Part shown: one piece after another, positions 37,347-45,388 of the stretch
Numbering within the stretch: position 1 is the stretch's first letter
How the letters are laid out: each line of letters opens with the position of its first letter
NCBI GenBank assembly: GCA_049599895.1
Contig: JBMYPC010000005.1
Location: forward strand, 1-45,388
Direction of reading: 5' to 3'
Origin: Bacteriovoracaceae bacterium
Lineage (GTDB): Bacteria > Bdellovibrionota > Bacteriovoracia > Bacteriovoracales > Bacteriovoracaceae
DNA: 45,388 nt
Translations under genes and position numbers: made by a program
Notes under the pieces: model-generated
Seen by the model: the letters and a program-made list of their open reading frames with translations, nothing else
Database searches by the model: none
Told to the model about the DNA's origin: nothing

Positions 37347-38264
37347 ATGGAAAAAGAAAAACGTTTTTTACTTGTTATCCATGGTGGGCTTGTTTGCTAT
37401 ATTATTCTTCATAGTTTACTCATCCCCTTTGTCCGTTTTGTTGCCTTAGGAGATCATCTTTTTAACGAAGCAATCTTTTCACTTCTCTTTCATTTGTTCT
37501 TTTTTTGGTTTCTATGGTTTGGGAATGAAATTCCTAAAATTCGAAAGTATTTCAGCATTTTTTTCTATCTTGGTGTTGTTTCTACAATTGCAAACCTTGT
37601 CTTTAGTTATTTTTATTTTCCTGTTCCAAGATTAAACATTCATCATTTCACTGAACTTCTTGCCATTGGCTCAACCCTGATTTTTTTCTCTGTTCTCGCT
37701 CTCAAATTTTCTCATCGATTTGTTTGGAGTCAAAAATCGGCTTCTTTAGCTTTTACCTTCGTGGTTTCAGTGGTGTCACAGTTCTATTTGAATGATTATT
37801 TTATCCCCACTCAAGTGGAAGCTTTTGTTGTACAAAAAGAAGAGTTCCAGCCAGCCCCAAAAGATTATGGGAAATTGGGATGTCAGGGGTCTCAAATTTA
37901 TACTCACCAAAATGCGATGAGTTTTAACTCTGTTGAAATTCTTGACTGTGGATTTGAGCGGAACTTCTTTATTGTTGAAAAAGATAAAAAGTTTTTAGTG
38001 AAAAATAGTAAAGGCTCAACAATTTATTTAAGACTTTATGAAGTAAAGGAAGATGGAGGAAGTCGACAAGTTAAGCGATTGGTTATTCCTTCTGGGAAGG
38101 AAATTGAAATCCCTCGCCCTCATGAAAGCTCTCTCTATGTTTTAAAGTCTCTTCTTTATAAGAACCTTGGATTTGTCCTGATTAAAAATGAGCAAACGAA
38201 GATAAACTTTGACGAAGTCACTTTTGATTATGTCAAAAAAGGTGAAAAGTATTATGAACTTTGA
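37347..38264 (+). CDS. Multi-TM membrane protein with C-terminal soluble beta domain
   Basis: ATG after GGGAG; about five hydrophobic segments, then a beta-rich domain (VEILDCGFERNFFIVEKD..FLVKN). Confidence 0.7.
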   Translation: MEKEKRFLLVIHGGLVCYIILHSLLIPFVRFVALGDHLFNEAIFSLLFHLFFFWFLWFGNEIPKIRKYFSIFFYLGVVSTIANLVFSYFYFPVPRLNIHHFTELLAIGSTLIFFSVLALKFSHRFVWSQKSASLAFTFVVSVVSQFYLNDYFIPTQVEAFVVQKEEFQPAPKDYGKLGCQGSQIYTHQNAMSFNSVEILDCGFERNFFIVEKDKKFLVKNSKGSTIYLRLYEVKEDGGSRQVKRLVIPSGKEIEIPRPHESSLYVLKSLLYKNLGFVLIKNEQTKINFDEVTFDYVKKGEKYYEL

Positions 38265-38412
38265 TCGCGATACGTACTTTAACTTTGAAATGGTCGTCCA
38301 TGTGATAGAGGTCTTTGTTGTCTTTATTATTGGTTACACTGTTTATTTAACAAAAAAGTTTAAGAAAGATGAAGATAAACGTCGAACCAAAAAGCAATTA
38401 CCTAGCGAGTAA
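38254..38412 (+). CDS. 52-aa single-TM protein (CcoQ-sized)
   Basis: MNFDRDTYFNFEMVVHVIEVFVVFIIGYTVYLTKKFKK...; overlaps both neighbours. Confidence 0.55.
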   Translation: MNFDRDTYFNFEMVVHVIEVFVVFIIGYTVYLTKKFKKDEDKRRTKKQLPSE

Positions 38413-38746
38413 CCCGATTTATTTCACCATAACAAAGTCTTCAGGAAAACCTAAGGCTGAAGTTGTGGGAATGGGTGATATTCCAGTTGAGCTTAAAAGC
38501 TCAGGAGAATATGTGAGTTTTGTCTGGTTTCAAAGAGAGGGTGACTATAAAGTCCGTATTTCTGATACTTCGACAACTCAAAGCTTTGAACTCAAAGTGG
38601 CCCCTGCACCAGAAGTGTCATTTAGTTTAGAGTTTGGCGTTTTTATGGCACTTTTTAGTGTTTGCTTTATAGGAGTTTTATTATGGAACAAGAAAATGAA
38701 ATCCAAGCAGCTCTTAGAGCAGAAGCTCGAAAAGATCGGCTCTTAG
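38369..38746 (+). CDS. Hypothetical protein: small beta domain plus C-terminal TM anchor
   Basis: EGDYKVRI beta pattern; TM FGVFMALFSVCFIGVLLW followed by a basic tail. Confidence 0.65.
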   Translation: MKINVEPKSNYLASNPIYFTITKSSGKPKAEVVGMGDIPVELKSSGEYVSFVWFQREGDYKVRISDTSTTQSFELKVAPAPEVSFSLEFGVFMALFSVCFIGVLLWNKKMKSKQLLEQKLEKIGS

Positions 38747-38940
38747 GACAAATTTATTTTGTTGTCTTTGTGATTCTGATTCTCGGTGGAGTCATTACGA
38801 AAAGAGTTTTTGGACATCCTGAATTCATGATGGCCTGGCACATTCCTGGAGCCGTTTTTTTGGTACTCTCTGGGATGAAAATCTCAAAGAGTAAAGTGGC
38901 TTACTATCAACGTGAGTCAAAAATTATGAATAAGTATTAG
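38683..38940 (+). CDS. Small 2-TM membrane protein
   Basis: ATG after AGGAG; two TM segments with a GHPEFMMAWHIP loop. Confidence 0.65.
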   Translation: MEQENEIQAALRAEARKDRLLGQIYFVVFVILILGGVITKRVFGHPEFMMAWHIPGAVFLVLSGMKISKSKVAYYQRESKIMNKY

Positions 38941-39004
38941 AATTCACATTAAATGTCGCACCTAGTCTCCCAAAGCCTTCTTTGCATATGATAAAAATCT
39001 TCAT

Positions 39005-40012
39005 ATGAATTATGAAGAACAAAGTTTATATGATTTAGTGGTTGTTGGTGCTGGCCCTGCTGGTATATCTCTTGCGGTTGAGGCCAAGAGTTCTGGAATT
39101 GATCCTGAAAAAGTGATTATTCTTGAGAAGTTCGAAAGCCATTCTTGGTCCATTCGAAAGTTTTATCCCGATGATAAACTTGTTACTGCTAACTACAAAG
39201 GACAGGACGCTAAATGTGAAGGTTCTCTGTGCTTAGTCGATTCCTCTAAAGATGGGACTCTTAATTATCTTGATCAAGCAATTTCTGATCACAGTCTCAA
39301 CGTTCGTTATAATCAAAATGTCGATGAGATAAAAAAATTAAATTCTGGGTATTATGTTGTTTGCTCCGGAAAAGAATGTTTTGTCACAAAAGTGATTGCT
39401 CTTGCCATTGGGGTTCTTGGAAAACCAAACAGGCCAAGCTATCCGATACCGAATGATATAAGCTCAAAAGTAAGCTTTGATGTGACCTCAAAGTTTTACT
39501 CCAATAAGAAAATTCTTGTTGTTGGTGGGGGAGATTCTGCCAGTGAATATTGTCAGTTCTTAGCTGAAAGAGGGAATAAGGTCTCAATTTCTTATAGAAA
39601 AAAAGAATTTATCAGAATGAATGAGATCAACCGCAAGTCTATCGAAAAAATGATTAAGAAAGATAAAGTTTCAGGGCTTCTAGGAACTGACATCGAAAGA
39701 CTTGAGAAATCTGAAACAGGCGGTGTTAATGTTATCTTCAATTCCAAAGAGACAAGATCATATGATGAGATTGTTTATGCTCTTGGGGGGTCATCGCCGA
39801 AAGACTTTCTTAAGGCCATTGGTATCAAAGTCAGCAAAGATGGTCCTGATATGACAAATGAGCTTGAATCTGAGCAGAGGCAGGGAATTTTTCTTGTGGG
39901 TGATATTTCTGCTGGTTCAAAAGGTGGAAGTATCAATGTCGCATTCAATACTGCTCATCAAGCGATGAAAGAATTTTGTCGAAGTTATCTTGATTGTTCA
40001 AAAAGTCTTTAA
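39005..40012 (+). CDS. NAD(P)/FAD-dependent oxidoreductase, FqrB/TrxB-like, no CxxC
   Basis: GAGPAG, EK..SHSWSIRKFY, AIG.LGKPNRP, GGGDSA.EY, SYRKKEF.R.N, LGGSSP.DFL, LVGDI closely recall Helicobacter FqrB. Confidence 0.8.
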   Translation: MNYEEQSLYDLVVVGAGPAGISLAVEAKSSGIDPEKVIILEKFESHSWSIRKFYPDDKLVTANYKGQDAKCEGSLCLVDSSKDGTLNYLDQAISDHSLNVRYNQNVDEIKKLNSGYYVVCSGKECFVTKVIALAIGVLGKPNRPSYPIPNDISSKVSFDVTSKFYSNKKILVVGGGDSASEYCQFLAERGNKVSISYRKKEFIRMNEINRKSIEKMIKKDKVSGLLGTDIERLEKSETGGVNVIFNSKETRSYDEIVYALGGSSPKDFLKAIGIKVSKDGPDMTNELESEQRQGIFLVGDISAGSKGGSINVAFNTAHQAMKEFCRSYLDCSKSL

Positions 40013-41160
40013 GCAACTTTTTTGATTGAGACTTTCTTTTCTTCTTTTAAACTATGACCATAGAGCTCAAGGGTTCTTTTGATGACTTGATCTTTTTGAT
40101 ACTTTTTTGAATAGAGCTCTTTTCCATTTTTCACAAGTCTTCTATAGAGAAGTTCATCTGAATGAATGCGATTCATATTTGAGGCGAGACCTTTAACGTT
40201 ACCTGGTTCGGAAAGAAGTGTGGTTTCTCCAGGAATTCCAACGGCCGGAACTCCAGACTTTAGATTTGTGGTAAGCACTGGTTTTTGGCAGTACATCGCT
40301 TCAAGTTGCACCACTCCAAAATTTTCATTTGGAGAAATAGAAGGAAGGATGATGTACTGACTTGCATGATAAAGACTCACAAACTTTTCATTACTTTCAA
40401 CTCTTCCTAGAATGTAGACTTTTCCTTCTAGGGAATTCTCACTAATAAGAGATTCTAATTTTATTCGAAGAGGGCCATCACCTACAATAACGATTTTATG
40501 GTTAATTTCTTTTGCTGCTTCGATAAGAATTTCAACACCTTTATAGCCAACAAGCCTGCCTACAAAAAGACCAAATGGGCCATATTCATTTTTTATCTCT
40601 GAAATTGTTTGAGAGTACTCTGGTTTGAGCTCGAAACTTGATTCTGGGATAAAGAAGGGAACAATATGACATTTGTTCTCAAACTTTGGAAGAGAGTTTG
40701 AATAGGTAATATGATTAGTCGTTGGGACAAAGATAGACTCAACAGTCTTTAAAAACTTCTTATAAAACGGAAGATAAAATACCTTTAAGAGTTTCTGTCT
40801 TACGATATCACTATGGTGAGTGAGGACGACATTCTTATGCTTTTTAAGAAAAAGCATAGAGAAAAACTCAACGAAGGGGTTGGGGGAATGGATATGAATT
40901 ACATCATACTTATGCCTCCACCTCAGAAGGAATAGAGGGATAAGTAATGAAAGTGGCTGAGAAAATAATGTGAAGAGTGTAGGGCTTCTAAAAACCTTTA
41001 CTCCGTTAATAATATCAGTCTCAAAACGGCATTTCGTATTAGAGCACAAGACAGTGACATCAATATCTTCTTTTACGAGCTCTTCACAAGAGTTTTTGAT
41101 TACGGATTCGATTCCGCCCTTAAAAGGATGATAGAATTTTCCAACATGCAGGACTTTCAT
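40009..41160 (-). CDS. Glycosyltransferase family 4
   Basis: MKVLHVGKFYHP..GGIE, HIHSPNP, FVGRLVGYKG, ENFGVVQLEAM. Confidence 0.92.
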   Translation of the reverse strand: MKVLHVGKFYHPFKGGIESVIKNSCEELVKEDIDVTVLCSNTKCRFETDIINGVKVFRSPTLFTLFSQPLSLLIPLFLLRWRHKYDVIHIHSPNPFVEFFSMLFLKKHKNVVLTHHSDIVRQKLLKVFYLPFYKKFLKTVESIFVPTTNHITYSNSLPKFENKCHIVPFFIPESSFELKPEYSQTISEIKNEYGPFGLFVGRLVGYKGVEILIEAAKEINHKIVIVGDGPLRIKLESLISENSLEGKVYILGRVESNEKFVSLYHASQYIILPSISPNENFGVVQLEAMYCQKPVLTTNLKSGVPAVGIPGETTLLSEPGNVKGLASNMNRIHSDELLYRRLVKNGKELYSKKYQKDQVIKRTLELYGHSLKEEKKVSIKKVA

Positions 41161-41324
41161 ATGCCATTCTTGTCGGTCATTAAAGAGATCTTTAAACAGA
41201 AAAATGAACTTTAAACCTGATCGAATTCAGCCGGAATATATCTCCATCGAGTCTAAGCGCTTTAATTTGGGTAGTTGATAACGTCGATAACTTATGTGAC
41301 GTGTACAATTTTGGTAAATAGTTA

Positions 41325-42869
41325 ATGAGTATTAAGAAAAAACAAAAGCCAGTTCAAGTTGAAGGCAAAAAGCTCAAAGAAGTGAGTGAAGGGAAACCTT
41401 CATCTGAAAAGCGTACACTCAAAGAAGATCTTGAAAACAACCAATTCAACGTCACGTCTAAATATACACAAACAGATGCTTACCTAGAAAAGCCGAAGCC
41501 TGGCAAAAATAAGCCAAAACCCGTCGTAAAGGTCATTCGCAAGAATGATACTGAAGAAACCGTCAACCCGAAGAGCCTTAAAGAGATCATTCTTTCTTCG
41601 ACCGACATTAAAAAAATCGTTATTGAAAGAGTGGATATTGAGGATGCTAAAAGAGTCTCTTTTCACTTTGATGATCCCGCTCTCAGAGACAAGAGTCAGA
41701 AGACTGTTATTAAAGGTGATGCTTTAAAGAAAATTATTAAGGAAAAAGCACCCAAGAAGATTCAAAAGGCAATGGAAGAAAATGAATCTCTTGAAAAGAG
41801 TGACAAGACTCCAGATCTTAGGCTTGTAAGTGAAAAAGAAGCAAATGCTCAGGAACTTCTTGATTTTGTAAAAAGAAGAAGTCTTGAGGAAGAAATATCT
41901 CAAAAAATACATGATCAGAAAAAACAAGAAGACAGAGCTCCTCTAAAGGCGAGTAAAGAAGAAGTTGATGACATTGAAGAGATGCTTAACGAGAAGCCTC
42001 GTCCGGACTCAGGGGTAAAGTTTAATTTCAATCATGATGAAGAAGACTTCTTAGATGTTAATGAAGATGGGCCAATATCTTATGATAAAGATTATTATCA
42101 AGAAATTAAAGAAGCCAATAAGAATGCTTCAGATACTGAACTTCCCGTATTAAAGACGATTAAATATAAGGCCCAGATTCTCTCTAAGAAACCTAATAAA
42201 GAACATAATGGGTTTTATTATCGCGCCAAAGACCATGTTGAACTCTTTAAGGTCGGAACATCTTTTCTTGAAGACTTTCAACTGGGAGCAAAGTTTTTTG
42301 GCTTTGCCAGTGATGGCCTGCATGAAGAGAACCAAAGAACCGTTTTTGGGGTTTGTAGTTATTTTAATTATCACACTGATGTAAAAACTCTTATTATTTC
42401 TAACAATCATGAGAAGTCTTTTCTAAAGAGCTATCTAGGAGTAGGAGAGGTTCGCCCAGTTGAGATTATGGAAGAGAAGATCTTCTACAATGTTCTCTTC
42501 CATAAGGGATTTGATATTTTAACAAGCCGTGAGCTTCGAAATGTTTTTAATCTTTTGAATCAATTAGATTATGAGGAGTGGTTAAAAGAGATCTCAGAAG
42601 TCTATGACTTAATTTTATGGGACTTGCCCGAGGTTGAGACTATGGATTCTTGTCGAGAGATTTATTTTCCACTGACTCGAATGGTTGATAGTGTTTCTGT
42701 TATTGCATCCCAGAAACAGTCTAGGATTTCGGAAGTCGAAGATCTTCTTCGTTATTTTCATAAATACCAAGTTCAGATTAAAGGTCTTATGTTTTCTAAG
42801 GCAGAACCTAAAAAACGAAAGAGAAAGGAACTGTTTAAGAGAAATAAAAAGAAAAGGAAGGCATCGTGA
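41325..42869 (+). CDS. Protein with long charged N-terminus and degenerate BY-kinase (CpsD/CapB)-like domain
   Basis: YDLILWDLP, VDSVSVIA and IKGLMF resemble the Walker B region and C-terminal strands; no GK[ST]. Confidence 0.6.
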   Translation: MSIKKKQKPVQVEGKKLKEVSEGKPSSEKRTLKEDLENNQFNVTSKYTQTDAYLEKPKPGKNKPKPVVKVIRKNDTEETVNPKSLKEIILSSTDIKKIVIERVDIEDAKRVSFHFDDPALRDKSQKTVIKGDALKKIIKEKAPKKIQKAMEENESLEKSDKTPDLRLVSEKEANAQELLDFVKRRSLEEEISQKIHDQKKQEDRAPLKASKEEVDDIEEMLNEKPRPDSGVKFNFNHDEEDFLDVNEDGPISYDKDYYQEIKEANKNASDTELPVLKTIKYKAQILSKKPNKEHNGFYYRAKDHVELFKVGTSFLEDFQLGAKFFGFASDGLHEENQRTVFGVCSYFNYHTDVKTLIISNNHEKSFLKSYLGVGEVRPVEIMEEKIFYNVLFHKGFDILTSRELRNVFNLLNQLDYEEWLKEISEVYDLILWDLPEVETMDSCREIYFPLTRMVDSVSVIASQKQSRISEVEDLLRYFHKYQVQIKGLMFSKAEPKKRKRKELFKRNKKKRKAS

Positions 42870-43639
42870 GTGACGATTCTAATGCTGCCCGAAAAAAGAA
42901 CTTTCTTCATGAAGTGCCTCAAATTGATGAGGTCCAAGATAATGAGAAATCAACGAAGAAGAAAAGTAATAAGTTTTTCTACAAAGTTCGAAACCATCAT
43001 GAGCTTTTTAAAATTGGAGTAAGCTTCTTTAAAGATTATCAGATGGGGGTGAAGTCCTTTGCGATATCTTCAACGGGATATCCTCAATCTCAACAGAATA
43101 GTATTTTAGGACTTGCTAGTTTCTTTGATCATAAATCCGATGCAAGAATTGGAATTATCTCAGACAGTATTGATGAAGGTGTTTTTCAAAAGGTCGTTAA
43201 AAAGTCTTCCGAAAGTCAGCTGCTACTTTCAAATAATGTTCCTTTTCAGACTCATACTTTTCATCAGCATTTCGATTTCTTAAACCTTGATAAGATTTTA
43301 GATCTTGTTCAGGACGAAGAGATTGCTGGATACGATGAAATTATTGATGAGATGTTTGACTATTATGATGTGGTATTTTGGGATGTTCCTGATCTTCTGA
43401 AGATTAAAAATGATTCAGAAAGGTATTTCCCTTTTATTATGAAGGTTGACTCCCTTTCAATTATTGCGGCAATGGCCATAAGTAACTCAAAAGACATTGA
43501 TAAAATTGTTCAGTTTTTTCAAGGCTACGGAATTAGCCTTAAAGGCCTACTATTTGACTCGCCTACTGAGAATCAAAGTAAAAAAGAGACGAAAGTAACC
43601 GAAAAGAAAATAAAGAGCTTGTGGAGAATACTCAGTTGA
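42866..43639 (+). CDS. Degenerate BY-kinase-like protein, paralog of the upstream domain
   Basis: YDVVFWDVP, VDSLSIIA, LKGLLF; aligns by eye with the upstream C-terminal domain. Confidence 0.6.
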   Translation: MSDDSNAARKKNFLHEVPQIDEVQDNEKSTKKKSNKFFYKVRNHHELFKIGVSFFKDYQMGVKSFAISSTGYPQSQQNSILGLASFFDHKSDARIGIISDSIDEGVFQKVVKKSSESQLLLSNNVPFQTHTFHQHFDFLNLDKILDLVQDEEIAGYDEIIDEMFDYYDVVFWDVPDLLKIKNDSERYFPFIMKVDSLSIIAAMAISNSKDIDKIVQFFQGYGISLKGLLFDSPTENQSKKETKVTEKKIKSLWRILS

Positions 43640-45138
43640 AAAAGTTTGGAATACTTTTACATGAAACTTTAATTGTGAACTTTCCGTATTTATGGAAACT
43701 CATAAAGAGGTATAAGTTTGTTTCGGTGATTCTTCCACTACTTATTTGTTCGTTTTGTGCTCATATCTACTTCAAACAAAAAGATTTCTTTCTTGTGAAA
43801 TTAGGATTCCAAAACTTATCAAGTGGTGCAGCCGCTTCTCCTGCTTCTTCACTTATGGCCGCTTTTGGAGAACAAACTTCAGGACTAAAGTCACAAGAGG
43901 TTGTGGCCTTAAGCCGCAAGGTTGATTTTATAAGAGAGATTGCGACAAAAGTTATTGAACAACCAAACTTTGAGAAGTTTAGGCTCAACCATTTGCTTTC
44001 CGAGAATCTCTACACTGGTGAGCATGTTAAAGAATATTGTAAAAATGATAAGCATTGTATGACGATGAAGGTTGCGGAAGTTATTCCAAGCTATTTTAGT
44101 GTCATTGCTGATAAGTCTGTTTCTTCACAGTTTTACATTTATATACGACATGACCATAAGGAAACAGCTCTTAAAATGATTGATCTTATTTCAAAAGAGC
44201 TAGTTGATCAAAGAGTCAGAACCTTGAGGTCTCATCTCAAACAACAATTAAAAATGTCAGATGACTTGATTTCAAATAAAAAGAAAGAGCTTGAGAATGA
44301 AAAGGTGTTTGAGGTTCTTGATAGAATTAAGCAAAATGAAATAGAGTTAAACTCTGTGACCTCTCAGCTTGATCAATACCAAAAAGCCTATCTAACAATT
44401 CAAAACAGATTAGCTCAAGCTTCAACGGTTCTAAATGAAACGAAAGAAACATTGTCAAAGAAAGTGAATCTTAAGAAATTGGGAATTAGCAAAAAAGCCA
44501 AGCAATTAAAAAAGAAAATTGACAAATTAAGAGAAGACATTACAAGTCTTGAGCTTGCCAATTCTTCATTTTCAACTAAAGACAGTGATATTGTTGATCG
44601 TCTCCGTGAAGACTTAAAGGTCAAAGAAAGAGAATACAAAAAGCTTATAGGATCAAGTCGAGGAGTAAGCAGTTTAGACTCTCTCATCGAGAAAAAAGAC
44701 CGAGCAAGTAGTTTTAGTCAGTTTGATGTGAATGTCTTGAAGGCCCAGTTTAAAAAACTTAAGAAGAAGTATGAGGAGCTACTTTCTCAAAAAGAAAACC
44801 TTGTCGATGAGAAGACCAAGCTTGAAGTTCGTTACGAATCAGTTAAGCCTACAATCGAATATTTTAAGCTTTTAAAAGAAAAGCATGTTAAATTAGAACT
44901 TGCAGAGTCTACAGTAGTTTCAGATTTTGACTTTGATGACAATATTACTGAAATTAGGCAGTATAAAAAGATCTCTCATAGTAAGATGATTTTAGCAGCC
45001 TTTTCAGCATCATTCTTTCTCATTATTTTCACTGTTATCGTGATCTATCTCCTCGATGATCGAGTTTTTGATGAAGAAGAGCTCAAGAATAGCTTTGAGG
45101 GGGTTGAAATCATCGGAAACACTCCTGATTTTAACTAA
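43621..45138 (+). CDS. Polysaccharide co-polymerase (Wzz/GumC-like), no kinase domain
   Basis: N- and C-terminal TM segments flanking a long coiled coil; tail LDDRVFDEEEL...IIGNTP. Confidence 0.8.
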   Translation: MENTQLKKFGILLHETLIVNFPYLWKLIKRYKFVSVILPLLICSFCAHIYFKQKDFFLVKLGFQNLSSGAAASPASSLMAAFGEQTSGLKSQEVVALSRKVDFIREIATKVIEQPNFEKFRLNHLLSENLYTGEHVKEYCKNDKHCMTMKVAEVIPSYFSVIADKSVSSQFYIYIRHDHKETALKMIDLISKELVDQRVRTLRSHLKQQLKMSDDLISNKKKELENEKVFEVLDRIKQNEIELNSVTSQLDQYQKAYLTIQNRLAQASTVLNETKETLSKKVNLKKLGISKKAKQLKKKIDKLREDITSLELANSSFSTKDSDIVDRLREDLKVKEREYKKLIGSSRGVSSLDSLIEKKDRASSFSQFDVNVLKAQFKKLKKKYEELLSQKENLVDEKTKLEVRYESVKPTIEYFKLLKEKHVKLELAESTVVSDFDFDDNITEIRQYKKISHSKMILAAFSASFFLIIFTVIVIYLLDDRVFDEEELKNSFEGVEIIGNTPDFN

Positions 45139-45191
45139 GTCTTTTCATCTTTTATCTTCCCTTAAATGGCCGTCTTCATTAAAATGGTTCT

Positions 45192-45388
45192 ATGCCTAAG
45201 TTTAAAATCGATGAAAGAAATTTTCTGATTATCTTTTACACCATTACAATTGCTCATTTGTTATTAAATCTTATGGCAAGTCCCGCTGTGACGTTTAGCT
45301 TTCTTGTCATTACTGGGATGACTCTTCTTGCTTCAATTGCCTTGTCTTGGGAAAGCTATTTATTTGCCATTATCATTTTTGGACTTTT
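45192..45388 (+). CDS. Membrane protein, 3'-truncated by window (possibly Wzy-like, by context only)
   Basis: Open hydrophobic frame MPKFKIDERNFLIIFYTITIAHLLL... to the window end. Confidence 0.5.
   Translation, partial: MPKFKIDERNFLIIFYTITIAHLLLNLMASPAVTFSFLVITGMTLLASIALSWESYLFAIIIFGL

Noticed and set aside
41170..41292. Possible sigma-28 boxes between the glycosyltransferase and polysaccharide genes
   Set aside because: CGATAA/CGACAA elements exist but spacing to a -35 element does not fit N15.
1133..44687. Remaining short (60-135 aa) ORFs nested in or antisense to long genes
   Set aside because: They overlap well-supported CDSs in other frames and show no recognisable motifs.

Overview
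AT-rich bacterial chromosome segment. Gene content (Glt-like TPR and barrel genes, RxPAS motifs, secreted trypsin-like proteases) suggests Bdellovibrionota, class Bacteriovoracia; this is inference. Left to right: a truncated alginate-export-type porin gene; a decayed region around tRNA-Leu(CAA) with a duplicated 5' half of the tRNA; Omp85 and DUF3047-like genes; an epimerase/acyltransferase pair; yihA; an orphan FliL-like gene; accA-yicC-gmk-rel/spoT; ydcF, ridA, maeB; a sodium:solute symporter under a variant TPP riboswitch; two trypsin-like proteases, an AlkB-like oxygenase and a HiPIP; a divergent Glt (gliding machinery)-like cluster with no motor genes, ending in a frameshifted decapeptide-repeat/FecR gene; ldhA divergent from an atypical cbb3-type oxidase operon (FNR-like box, apparently split CcoP, small membrane ORFs, FqrB-like flavoprotein); and the start of a polysaccharide locus with two Walker-A-less BY-kinase-like paralogs. 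No CRISPR array, rRNA or intact mobile element was seen. All family calls come from motif recognition, not database searches.
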